A stretch of 57,643 bases of DNA from Minisyncoccota bacterium (GCA_036517195.1 DATDXU010000018.1:1-57643); one strand, 5' to 3'. Positions 38,020-46,602 are shown, counted from the stretch's first letter. Made by a program: numbers and translations. The notes: generated from the letters alone by a model not told the origin.

Positions 38020-38028
38020 TGGTATACT
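38020..38028 (+). promoter_or_regulatory. extended -10 box TGGTATACT, 7 nt before the ATG at 38036
   Basis: It matches the recurrent box. There is no SD sequence. Confidence 0.45.
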
Positions 38029-38035
38029 GATATTC

Positions 38036-39592
38036 ATGTGGCGATGGCTTTTTGTTGTACTATTGTTTTTTGTCGTTTCGTTTTCTGAAACGTCGGTTTA
38101 TGCACAGGAGGACAGGGCAGGATTCGCATCCACTTGTCCTCCGAAGAATGTAAGACAAATTGGGAGCGCGCGTGAATTTTGGCAATATGTTTATGATTCT
38201 GAAAAGTGTTCTGATACGGATATAGGAGATACGTGGGCAAGTGCCGTGGGGGTGAAGTGTATTACAACCAGCACAGCGCAATGTCCCAGCGGTTGTGGAA
38301 AAGTAACGGTTATGAGTGATGGGAAAAAAGAAGTTATTGATAAGTGTGATCCGAAACGAGACATTGTAAAAGCGGACATATTTAGAGCCGCTGATGCTTT
38401 TGACAATAGTAAGTATGGTTCGAGACTTTCAGAGGCTGCTAGAGACAAATTAAAAGGCATAGTGAAAGGTTTACAGAGTGGAACAATTAAACCAGGATCA
38501 ATAACTGAAGATGGAAGCGTATCAATAGCGGATGTCTTTACGCCACCAACACCTCCCACTTCGGGAGGAGGAAAGGTGAGGGGATTTACACCATCACCAA
38601 CTGTTTCCCCCGCCGCACCAAGTGCACCAGCAAAACCATCACCTCAAGGGGCACAACAGACAAGCGCTCCGTCAGTGCCCCCCCAGCAACAGGCGCCATC
38701 GGCGAGCGCGTGCGCTGCGAATCAAGAGACAATCTTAAGGGATGCGCTGGTCAAAGACTTAATGGCGAAGGAGGGTTTATCGAAAGCGGAGGCAGAAGGG
38801 GGTGCGGACGAATTAATCGATTTACTGAGAATTATTAAAAGAGCGTTTTCGGGAGTGGTGGCAAAATTTGGGTGTATCACAACAAAAGATCAATTGGAGA
38901 AGGTTTTTCAAAGTTTGGATGAAGAAAAATTGATAGAACTCATAACGGGAGGTTATATCGATCCCTCAAGCATAGATTCTACCACCTTGTCTCGATTGGT
39001 GCGAAGAACACGTATACAAATTTCTCCGTCAGGTCTCGCAGAATTGAATAAAGTCATTGCCAGCAGGAGTGGTTTTGGAGGATTGGGAGGCGGAGGTGGT
39101 ATGGACTTTGGTTCCATTTTGAAAAAAGCACAAGGTATGGTTTCGCAGGGGGGCGGTGGTAGTGGGGGCGGAAGCGGGGGAGGAAGTGGCGGAGGTTTTG
39201 GGTCATCTTCACGCTCTCCTTTTGCGCCATTTTCGTATCCTCAAAACACATTTGCCCCACCCCCAACCCCGAGCGAGCGCCTTTCTCAATTTCTAAATCC
39301 AACCGCGTCAACCCCGAGCGTGGAATACACGATGATAGGGCTTATTATTGCGAATCCGAAAGAAGTGACTGTCGGGAAGCCGATTGTCGTATCGTGGGCA
39401 AGTGTCGGTACCCTCGGCGCCTCGTGCGGAGTTACGCACACGAACGCTTCTCGTAAAATCGCGTCCTCCAAGGAGGGCTCTCTACTCATTGATACAAAAG
39501 TGCTCGGCGTGGGTACGCACACGTTTGCTTTCAAGTGTACATCGGTAAGCGGCAAGGTACTTGAAAAGGAGGCCACTGTTGTAGTACGTTGA
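38036..39592 (+). CDS. secreted/surface low-complexity protein
   Basis: Signal-like MWRWLFVVLLFFVVSFSETSVYAQ, a Pro/Ser/Ala-rich linker, a GGGGSGGGSGGGSGGG tract, and a beta-rich C-terminus. Confidence 0.6.
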   Translation: MWRWLFVVLLFFVVSFSETSVYAQEDRAGFASTCPPKNVRQIGSAREFWQYVYDSEKCSDTDIGDTWASAVGVKCITTSTAQCPSGCGKVTVMSDGKKEVIDKCDPKRDIVKADIFRAADAFDNSKYGSRLSEAARDKLKGIVKGLQSGTIKPGSITEDGSVSIADVFTPPTPPTSGGGKVRGFTPSPTVSPAAPSAPAKPSPQGAQQTSAPSVPPQQQAPSASACAANQETILRDALVKDLMAKEGLSKAEAEGGADELIDLLRIIKRAFSGVVAKFGCITTKDQLEKVFQSLDEEKLIELITGGYIDPSSIDSTTLSRLVRRTRIQISPSGLAELNKVIASRSGFGGLGGGGGMDFGSILKKAQGMVSQGGGGSGGGSGGGSGGGFGSSSRSPFAPFSYPQNTFAPPPTPSERLSQFLNPTASTPSVEYTMIGLIIANPKEVTVGKPIVVSWASVGTLGASCGVTHTNASRKIASSKEGSLLIDTKVLGVGTHTFAFKCTSVSGKVLEKEATVVVR

Positions 39593-39599
39593 GGGGGTA

Positions 39600-39905
39600 A
39601 TGGCATTTATACGTCGCATAGAGTCCTTCTCGTGTGTCAATTGTGGCACTCCTGTCATTGGGGATGGGTATACAAATCATTGTCCGAAGTGCCTGTGGAG
39701 TAGGCATGTGGACAATGACCCCGGGGATAGGGCGAACATCTGTTTTGGTATGATGCGCCCGATTCGCATTGAAGGTTCTTCGCCCTCGTATCGTATTGTT
39801 CACCATTGTTCTTCGTGTGGGGTGGAGCGTATTGTGGACGCGGCGAAGGATGACGATCCTGATGCTCTCTATGCGATTATCGCCGACGTAGAGCGAGCGA
39901 CATGA
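39600..39905 (+). CDS. RNHCP domain protein (zinc ribbon)
   Basis: CVNCG...YTNHCPKCLWSRHVD...CSSCG matches the RNHCP signature. Confidence 0.7.
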   Translation: MAFIRRIESFSCVNCGTPVIGDGYTNHCPKCLWSRHVDNDPGDRANICFGMMRPIRIEGSSPSYRIVHHCSSCGVERIVDAAKDDDPDALYAIIADVERAT

Positions 39906-40013
39906 GAAAAGAGTACTTTTCTCATGTCCGAGCCGAGGATGGCGGAAAAAGGTTTAAACCCACCCGTCTTGCCCTGAGGGTTTAAATCCTTTTATTCGTG
40001 GCACAATAGAGAA

Positions 40014-40607
40014 ATGAAGAAGAAAAACATTTTAATTTTTTTAGCACATCCCGATAAGAGTGGTATGTGTGGCGCGTCTGCTGACGCGTATGAAGCGTCC
40101 GCGCGAGAAGCGGGGCATACGGTGCACCGCCTTAATGTTGGTGACATGCAGTTTGATTCTGATTTAAAGAAAGGGTACCGAGCAATCCAAGAATTGGAGC
40201 CGGATTTGAAGCAATTTCAACAGTGGGTCGAAGAATGCGATCACTTTGTTATTATTCATCCGCTATGGTGGTACGGATTGCCAGCGAAAGCGAAAGGACT
40301 CTTTGATCGCGCGTGGCTTCCGGGGTCAGCATTCCGTTACCTTAAGACGAAAACAGGGGACACAAGTATCTTTTGGCACCGTCTCTATCGAGGAAAAACC
40401 GCGCGCATCATCGTAACGTCCGGCGCGCCCGCGCTTTTGGTGCGCCTGTTGCCAGGTGGAGCCAACACACAGCTTCGATGGGGAATTTTGTGGTTTGCGG
40501 GGTTCAGTGTGCGCACAACATGGTTTGGACAGGCGGAACATTCATCGGAAGAAAAGAAAACCCGCTGGATTGCGAAAGTTCGCACCCTCGGAAAGCGGGG
40601 AGTGTAG
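40014..40607 (+). CDS. NAD(P)H dehydrogenase (quinone)-like flavodoxin-fold protein
   Basis: ILIFLAHPDKSG and HFVIIHPLWWYGLPAKAKGLFDR are typical of the Flavodoxin_2 / NQO family. Confidence 0.7.
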   Translation: MKKKNILIFLAHPDKSGMCGASADAYEASAREAGHTVHRLNVGDMQFDSDLKKGYRAIQELEPDLKQFQQWVEECDHFVIIHPLWWYGLPAKAKGLFDRAWLPGSAFRYLKTKTGDTSIFWHRLYRGKTARIIVTSGAPALLVRLLPGGANTQLRWGILWFAGFSVRTTWFGQAEHSSEEKKTRWIAKVRTLGKRGV

Positions 40608-40610
40608 CGA

Positions 40611-40663
40611 TTAACCCGTTGGGAGGTGCAACCTCCCAACGGGTTTACCTCCCAACGGGTTAA
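40611..40663 (+). terminator. long hairpin with a duplicated 3' arm
   Basis: TTAACCCGTTGGGAGGT-GCA-ACCTCCCAACGGGTT, followed by a second ACCTCCCAACGGGTTAA. Confidence 0.5.
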
Positions 40664-40684
40664 TTTGCGCCGCACATCGTGCGA

Positions 40685-40720
40685 CCTTATTTTCTAATTC
40701 GCGCGAATTAGAAAATAAGG
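40685..40720. repeat. perfect 36-bp palindrome with core CTAATTCGCGCGAATTAG
   Basis: CCTTATTTTCTAATTCGC|GCGAATTAGAAAATAAGG, between convergent genes. No T-run follows. Confidence 0.9.
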
Positions 40721-40774
40721 CCGTACAATAATAAACAAACCGCCGAGTCGCAAGGGCTCGGCGGCGAATGGGTA

Positions 40775-41260
40775 CTAGGCGCAGGTTTTCCAGAACTGCT
40801 TCGCGTCTTCGTATGGCATATGTAAAAATTTCTCCAACTTTTTTGTTTTCGGGTACCCACCACGTTCTTTTACCCATATGTCAATGTCTTTTGAGTGTGG
40901 CAGAGTGACGGGCCAAGAGTATATGGAAAAACCCCACACCTCTACCTGCATCTCTCCTTCATGGAGGCTCATCAACGCGCGTTTGGTGATGCATACATTT
41001 GGTCGCGCTTTGTCTGCCAGTAGAACGCATGCTGATGCGCATACGCCGTCAATGATAAGGTGTTTATCGTTGCGTACGATTTGGTCGGCGACCTCTAGAG
41101 CAACTGCGACATACCCACCCTCGTTGTACCGGATAAAACACGGATCGCCGCACGCCTCAAGCATTTTATTTACTTCACTAGACATCCAATATGATTCCCG
41201 CATTCTAAACGTTGCGATGGCCACAACAATACAAAGAAGAACCACGGACACACGTTGCAC
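40775..41260 (-). CDS. hypothetical membrane-anchored protein
   Basis: GGAGG lies 5 nt before the GTG at 41260 (the ORF opens with TTG at 41272). It has an N-terminal hydrophobic anchor, and IIDGVCASACVLLA is faintly ClpP/NfeD-like. Confidence 0.45.
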   Translation of the reverse strand: MQRVSVVLLCIVVAIATFRMRESYWMSSEVNKMLEACGDPCFIRYNEGGYVAVALEVADQIVRNDKHLIIDGVCASACVLLADKARPNVCITKRALMSLHEGEMQVEVWGFSIYSWPVTLPHSKDIDIWVKERGGYPKTKKLEKFLHMPYEDAKQFWKTCA

Positions 41261-41324
41261 CGAATCCTCCAATAGTTACGATGTTTGGTTTGTCTAACTG
41301 TTTTCAACATATCACACACTATCT

Positions 41325-42776
41325 TTACCATCCAAGGCGGAATCGCGCCTTGAAATGCCGAAGAGTCTTGTCTTTTCCATATGTTGGAATGGCTTTGGGA
41401 ATATGCCTACGCTCCTCGTATAGTCCTTTAATACAGTCGGCAACATAATATAAATCATCTCGCTCATATTTATTTCTTGGCACCGCCGCTCGCACGAAAT
41501 TTTTCTTTGGGAAAGTTTCTTTTTTCGTTTCTGCGTCATAGGTGCCGAATGCGAACGCGCCCAATTCACACAGTCGCACCCCCTTCAATAGCAGGAGAGC
41601 GGTTAATGAAATGCCTCCAAAATCTTCTCTGCGCATCGCTGTCCCTTTGAAAAAGCGGTCTATATCAATGTATACGGCGTGTCCACCAATTGGTTTCAAA
41701 ACAGGCACGCCGAGAGAGGAGAGATATGCGCCAAAATCTTGCACTAGTTTTATGCGCCCAGACAAATACTGTTCGGTGGTAACGTATTTCAAGCCCTCCA
41801 CGATTGACATGATGTCGCGTCCTGACATACCGCCATAGGTTGGATGCCCCTCTGTCAGTATTTGGTGGTCAGCGATGACTTCCAGCAAGTTCGGAATGAG
41901 TTTCAGAAGCGGGGCGTTTTTCTTTATCGCGAGAGCACCGCCCATATTGGCAAGTCCATCTTTTTTAAGCGAAATAGTGAACCCGTCACAGAGTGCGAAC
42001 ATTTCATGCACAATCGCAGGGATGGATTTTTTTGTGTACGGTTTTTCATGGTTGTGTATGAACCATGCATTTTCCGCAAAACGGCACGCATCAAAAAAGA
42101 GAGACGTTTTATATTGTTTGCACAGAGCGTGCGCGCCTTTGATGTTCTCCATAGACACGGGCAATCCTCCTCCTGTGTTGTTGGTGACAGTCAGGAGAAC
42201 GAGCGGAACTGATGCGGCGCGAGTTTTCAACAGTTGTTCAAGTTTTTTGAGATTTATGTTGCCTCCAAACAGCGTGTCGCTCGTGTCCTGCATATCCACT
42301 GCCTGTATGCCGTTTGCCTCCGCGTTGGCGCGCGTTGTGTCAAAAAACCCATTTGACGGCACAATTAAATTTTTGCCGAGGTGCGAATAGAGTGCGTGTT
42401 CCGCCGCGCGACCTTGGTGAAAGAAAAATATACCGTGAGTGTCGGACGAGATTCCGAATGTATTTTCAAATGCCTTAACGAGCTTGAAGTATCCCCGATT
42501 GCTTCCGTATGCTTCATCTCCTTGTATGAGGGCGGAAAGCTGGTCTAAGGTGAGTGCCGAGGTTCCTGAGTCAGATAATAAATCACCTCCCTCTAACATT
42601 TCAGAAGGGAACTGAAACACATTCCATCCGGCTTTTATCGCCGCTTTCCTCCTGTCTTCAGGAGAAAAGATATGGTGCGGACGCACAAATGCGTTTTCGT
42701 GCGGGCGGGGTTTGTGCGGAGTATTAAAATCAGTCAGCGCAAGCTCTCGTGGCGTCTCTGCTTTCTTTCGAGTCAT
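41325..42776 (-). CDS. beta-eliminating lyase (tryptophanase / tyrosine phenol-lyase family), PLP-dependent
   Basis: DLLSDSGTSA, GDEAYGSNRGY, HQGRAAEH, VPSNGFFDTTRANAE and SLKKDGLANMGGAL (PLP Lys) align with TnaA/TPL. The start is placed at MTRKK (42776). Confidence 0.8.
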   Translation of the reverse strand: MTRKKAETPRELALTDFNTPHKPRPHENAFVRPHHIFSPEDRRKAAIKAGWNVFQFPSEMLEGGDLLSDSGTSALTLDQLSALIQGDEAYGSNRGYFKLVKAFENTFGISSDTHGIFFFHQGRAAEHALYSHLGKNLIVPSNGFFDTTRANAEANGIQAVDMQDTSDTLFGGNINLKKLEQLLKTRAASVPLVLLTVTNNTGGGLPVSMENIKGAHALCKQYKTSLFFDACRFAENAWFIHNHEKPYTKKSIPAIVHEMFALCDGFTISLKKDGLANMGGALAIKKNAPLLKLIPNLLEVIADHQILTEGHPTYGGMSGRDIMSIVEGLKYVTTEQYLSGRIKLVQDFGAYLSSLGVPVLKPIGGHAVYIDIDRFFKGTAMRREDFGGISLTALLLLKGVRLCELGAFAFGTYDAETKKETFPKKNFVRAAVPRNKYERDDLYYVADCIKGLYEERRHIPKAIPTYGKDKTLRHFKARFRLGW

Positions 42777-42890
42777 TCCAAACCTTATATCACATACAGC
42801 ACGAAAGCACACCACAATTTGTGTCCCCGTGATTATAGGAGTAGGGTGAGCTAAGAAGTCACACTCTTCAGTATAAGAGAGGAGATACGC

Positions 42891-44075
42891 GTGTTCATTG
42901 ATATTTTGTATGAGGCAATCGCACAGGTATGGTTTGTACTCGTAAGGGGGTTTTTCGGAGGCAACATACTTCACTTCTTGATTCCATCGGTCTTTTTGGG
43001 TGCGCTTATTCTCTACGCCGCACCGAAAAGCCGAATGATGGGAGCGTTCTTTAAAAACGCGCGTTGGGCAGTGTGGGCGTGGGGTGGCGGGCTTACGGTT
43101 CTGTACCTTGTGTATGTACAGGTGCAGTTTTCCGTTGTCATCAATGACTGGTATGGCAACTTCTACAATTTGTTTCAAGAACCAAAGAAACATACCGTTC
43201 AGGAGTTTTGGGTCAGTTTGCGTATGTTTTTATGGATTACCATTCCGTGGGTTGTGGTATGGTCGCTCACGAAATATTTGACCAGCATTTATACACTGCG
43301 TTGGCGCGAAGCAATTACCGTTAATTATTTGCCACTCTGGTGCCCTGTTGGAGTAGATATTGAGGGCGCGAGTCAACGTATTCAGGAAGATACGCAAAAA
43401 TTTTCCGACATTCTTGAAACTCTCGGACTTGCATTCATGCGCACACTGATGACCCTCATCGTATTTTTACCTGTGCTTTGGCAGCTTTCCGAGAATATTG
43501 ATGTCCCTCTATTCATCCCCGGCACTCCAGAGATGCGCATAGTTAATGGGGTTGAGGTCACGATTAACCACATTCCCGGTGTTCTCGTGTGGCTTGCTGT
43601 CATTACGAGCGTTGGTGGAACGATACTATCTTTTCTGGTCGGTATTAAGCTTCCGGGTCTTGAGTACAATAATCAGAAAGTTGAGGCGGCGTTTCGCAAA
43701 CAGCTTGTTCTTGGGGAAGATAACAAGGTTACCTATGCCGTGTTGCCGGCACTTTTCGAACTATTCACCGGTATTCGGACAAACTATCAGTCGTTGTATC
43801 TTCACTACGGATATTTCAATGTGTGGATTGCTGCGTACGGTCAACTCATGAGCGTTGTCGCAGATGCGTTCGCGGGTCCGGGAATATTCACAGGAGCAAT
43901 CACGCTCGGTGTCCTTGTGCAGGTGAACAATGCGTTTGGAAAGGTACACTCCGGTTTTTCGTTTTTTGCAGAAAGCTGGACCACTGTTACAAAATTCTTG
44001 AGTGTTCTAAAGCGCTTGAATGAGTTTGAACGGAACCTTGGCACACAAACGAGTACGCCAACTACCGTACGATAA
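42891..44075 (+). CDS. sbmA: SbmA/BacA-family inner-membrane transporter
   Basis: NDWYGNFYNLFQ, IEGASQRIQEDTQKFSDILETLG, TLIVFLPVLWQLS, GIKLPGLEYNNQKVEAAFRKQLVLGED and SWTTVTKFLSVLKRLNEFE parallel E. coli SbmA. GTG start with a GAGGAG SD sequence. Confidence 0.85.
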   Translation: MFIDILYEAIAQVWFVLVRGFFGGNILHFLIPSVFLGALILYAAPKSRMMGAFFKNARWAVWAWGGGLTVLYLVYVQVQFSVVINDWYGNFYNLFQEPKKHTVQEFWVSLRMFLWITIPWVVVWSLTKYLTSIYTLRWREAITVNYLPLWCPVGVDIEGASQRIQEDTQKFSDILETLGLAFMRTLMTLIVFLPVLWQLSENIDVPLFIPGTPEMRIVNGVEVTINHIPGVLVWLAVITSVGGTILSFLVGIKLPGLEYNNQKVEAAFRKQLVLGEDNKVTYAVLPALFELFTGIRTNYQSLYLHYGYFNVWIAAYGQLMSVVADAFAGPGIFTGAITLGVLVQVNNAFGKVHSGFSFFAESWTTVTKFLSVLKRLNEFERNLGTQTSTPTTVR

Positions 44076-44078
44076 CGG

Positions 44079-44109
44079 GCCCTCCGCAAGATGCGGGGGG
44101 CTATTTTTT
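44079..44109 (+). terminator. rho-independent terminator
   Basis: GCCCTCCGCA/TGCGGGGGGC followed by TATTTTTT. Confidence 0.7.
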
Positions 44110-44149
44110 GTGTACACTACCTATTGGAAATACATCAAGGAGAAAAGAC

Positions 44150-44674
44150 ATGTTGAGTAAGGAAGATGCGGCGGGAATTGCTTCGCGCGCTCGAGTATTT
44201 CTTGCCATCAGAAAAACGTTGATGCTGGCAACTGCGGACATGGGGGATAGGGCAGGGAATCCGACCGCGAGCTATGCTCCATTTGTCCGAGAGGGTACAC
44301 ATTTTTATATCTATGTGAGCACACTCTCGGCACACACGCACGAACTTCGAAAAACGCGGAAAGCTGGAGTTCTGGTGATTGAGGACGAGGAAGACGCAAA
44401 GAATAACCTATTTGCCCGTACACGCATATCTTGTTTTTGTGTTGCCACTGTTGTTAAAAGAGAGGGCGAGGAATGGCAGAGAATCATGCGGGAATTCCAG
44501 ATGAAATTCGGAAAAGTATTTGACATGATTCTTCCTCTTCAAGATTTCATTCTGTTCTCTCTCACGCCATATGAAACCTTGTACATAGAGGGTTTTGGCC
44601 GCGCATATCAAATGGATGCTGATTTGAGCAATCCTGTGCACGTACGGAGGGCGGGACATACGGTCAAGAAATGA
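44150..44674 (+). CDS. pyridoxamine-5'-phosphate-oxidase-like split-barrel protein (HugZ/HutZ-like)
   Basis: AAGGAG is present upstream. LMLATADMGDRAGNPTASYAPFV and the overall size fit the PNPOx-like fold. The family assignment is tentative. Confidence 0.5.
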   Translation: MLSKEDAAGIASRARVFLAIRKTLMLATADMGDRAGNPTASYAPFVREGTHFYIYVSTLSAHTHELRKTRKAGVLVIEDEEDAKNNLFARTRISCFCVATVVKREGEEWQRIMREFQMKFGKVFDMILPLQDFILFSLTPYETLYIEGFGRAYQMDADLSNPVHVRRAGHTVKK

Positions 44675-44700
44675 GACCCTATCCCCATCGTGAGGCACGT

Positions 44701-44732
44701 AAGCCGCGGAAAAAACTGCGGCTTTTCTTTTT
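44701..44732 (+). terminator. rho-independent terminator
   Basis: AAGCCGC/GCGGCTT followed by TTCTTTTT. Confidence 0.65.
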
Positions 44733-44752
44733 CCGAGCGTCTAAGTGTACCA

Positions 44753-44781
44753 TTGACAATATATATACATTTTGATATGCT
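44753..44781 (+). promoter_or_regulatory. sigma70-type promoter of the NrtR-like gene
   Basis: TTGACA (44753-44758), a 17-nt spacer, then TATGCT (44776-44781). Confidence 0.55.
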
Positions 44782-44790
44782 GGAGACGTT

Positions 44791-45474
44791 ATGAGCAGGA
44801 ACGCGGGCCCAATCAAGTTTGCGGTGTTGGCTACAGACATTGCGCTATTTACATTCCACGAAGGGAAACTTTTGGTGCGCACGATTCCGGTCAACAGGCC
44901 GCCCTTTTTTGTAAAAGCCATAGGATTGCCCGGTGGACTGCTTGACCCTAAAGAAACCGCTGAACAAGCAGCGTTACGACTCGCTAGAGATAAAGCAGGC
45001 GTCACGCCATCAAAAATATATATGGAACAGTTGTATACATTCAGCGCGGTCAAACGGGATCCGCGCGGACGTGTCGTCGCTGTGGCGTATCTCGCACTTG
45101 TGCCATGGGAAAAACTTTCTCCATCGGAACAAAAGAGCACAGATATTGCGCGATGGGTCCTTGCGGACAGTAAAAAAAAATTCGCCTACGATCATGGACG
45201 GATTCTTACTATGGCGTTACAGAAAGTGCGCTCTCGCGCGGCGTATACCACACTCATATCAAAACTGATGCCACAAGAATTTACGTTAACAGAACTCGAA
45301 AATGTCTACAAACAAGTTCTTAATGAAAATTTGGATAAACGCAATTTTCGTAAAAAAATTCTTAAATTAAAAATAGTCACACCAGTTATTGGTAAACGAG
45401 TTCGGGGTCGTTTTCGCCCCGCGCAAGTGTATAGGTTCACGTCGAGTAGGGTAGGGGAGATAGAGGTGCTTTGA
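44791..45474 (+). CDS. nrtR: Nudix-related transcriptional regulator (NrtR-like)
   Basis: An N-terminal Nudix fold (GLPGGLLDPKETAEQAALRLARDKAG) plus a C-terminal winged helix (FTLTELENVYKQVLNENLDKRNFRKKI...FRPAQVYRF). Confidence 0.75.
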   Translation: MSRNAGPIKFAVLATDIALFTFHEGKLLVRTIPVNRPPFFVKAIGLPGGLLDPKETAEQAALRLARDKAGVTPSKIYMEQLYTFSAVKRDPRGRVVAVAYLALVPWEKLSPSEQKSTDIARWVLADSKKKFAYDHGRILTMALQKVRSRAAYTTLISKLMPQEFTLTELENVYKQVLNENLDKRNFRKKILKLKIVTPVIGKRVRGRFRPAQVYRFTSSRVGEIEVL

Positions 45475-45504
45475 ATGCAGGATTGTTTAAAGATTTTTTA
45501 TACA

Positions 45505-45530
45505 CCGCGCACAGTGCGTGGAGGATTTTT
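45505..45530 (+). terminator. hairpin plus T-run after the NrtR-like gene
   Basis: CCGCGCA-CAG-TGCGTGG followed by AGGATTTTT. Confidence 0.5.
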
Positions 45531-45606
45531 GTCGACAGTGTCCACGAATTGACAAGGTGTGTATAGTGTTGTGTATCGTTATCCACACTTGCATTCCAAA
45601 ATGAGT

Positions 45607-45625
45607 TAGTGTAATACTTACACTA
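45607..45625. promoter_or_regulatory. 19-bp palindrome TAGTGTAA-TAC-TTACACTA (candidate NrtR operator)
   Basis: Perfect 8-bp arms in the 252-nt leader of pncA, directly downstream of the regulator gene. Confidence 0.35.
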
Positions 45626-45726
45626 GGTATGGAAGATATGTTCTTTGACACCATATCTTAGGAAGCGGTTTCGGGTCTTACCGCTCTATAAAAAGACCTT
45701 CACGCCGTGCGAGAAAAGGAGAAACC

Positions 45727-46602
45727 ATGACTCGCAAGAATCTAAAAGTACACCTGCTCATTGTTGACCCCCAGAATGACTTCATGGGGAAAGACGATGG
45801 GTCGCCGCTAACGGAAAAGATGACTGACGGCACGGTGCTGTCCGCATCTCTGCCGGTTAAGGGCGGGATATCCGACATGCGTCGGGGTGCGGCACTGATC
45901 GACCGTATCGGGCGCAGGGTTGACGACATTCACGTGACGCTCGATTCGCATCACACGATGCACATTGCACATCCCGACATGTGGGTTGATGGGAACGGCA
46001 GAGCGCCGTCGCCATTCACCATGGTCAAGGCAGACGACGTGAAGAATGACATCTGGCGTCCGCGCAACCCTTCTCATCGGAAGCGCGTGATTGAATATCT
46101 GGCGAATCTCGAAGCGTCGGGCTCGTATCTTCATATGATATGGCCGCCTCATTGTCGTATCGGCACGTGGGGACACAACGTGGAAAGCACCATGGAAGCC
46201 GCGCTCACCAAATGGGAACGCACGGAAATGGGAGTCGTTGACTACATTACCAAGGGCTCCAGTGTATGGACCGAACATTTCGGCGGACTTAAGGCGCAGG
46301 TGTCGGATCCAGTTGACCCCTCAACCCAGCTCAACACGAATCTGATTAAAGTGTTGCAAGAAGCAGATATCGTCGGGTTCCTTGGAGAAGCGTCGAGCCA
46401 CTGTGTGCGGGAAACCGTGCTACAAGTGGCAGATAATATCGGAAGCGAGCATGTGAAAAAGCTCGTTCTCATTACCGACTGTATGTCTCCGGTGCCACAG
46501 GCGCCGGGTGGGCCTGATTTCCCAGCACTTGCTGCCCAGTTCTTGAAGGACATGGAAGCACGGGGCATGACGCTCTCAACGTCAAAAGAATTTCTTGCCT
46601 AA
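45727..46602 (+). CDS. pncA: nicotinamidase / isochorismatase-family cysteine hydrolase (long form, 291 aa)
   Basis: LLIVDPQNDF, TLDSHHTMHIAHP (metal-site-like D/H/H) and GEASSHCV (catalytic Cys context). Confidence 0.7.
   Translation: MTRKNLKVHLLIVDPQNDFMGKDDGSPLTEKMTDGTVLSASLPVKGGISDMRRGAALIDRIGRRVDDIHVTLDSHHTMHIAHPDMWVDGNGRAPSPFTMVKADDVKNDIWRPRNPSHRKRVIEYLANLEASGSYLHMIWPPHCRIGTWGHNVESTMEAALTKWERTEMGVVDYITKGSSVWTEHFGGLKAQVSDPVDPSTQLNTNLIKVLQEADIVGFLGEASSHCVRETVLQVADNIGSEHVKKLVLITDCMSPVPQAPGGPDFPALAAQFLKDMEARGMTLSTSKEFLA

Noticed and set aside
39906-40013. tRNA-like or riboswitch element after the RNHCP gene (GGTTTAAACCC ... GGGTTTAAATCC direct repeat and the palindrome CATGAGAAAAG-AGTA-CTTTTCTCATG)
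   Set aside because: No acceptor or anticodon arrangement can be drawn. The palindrome is most simply a terminator-like hairpin overlapping the stop codon, and the 11-nt repeat is too short to interpret.
42777-43193. 139-codon N-terminal extension of the tryptophanase-like ORF (41325..43193)
   Set aside because: The extension has no similarity to TnaA/TPL N-termini and overlaps the well-supported SbmA-like gene on the other strand. An internal ATG at 42776 gives a canonical length of about 483 aa.
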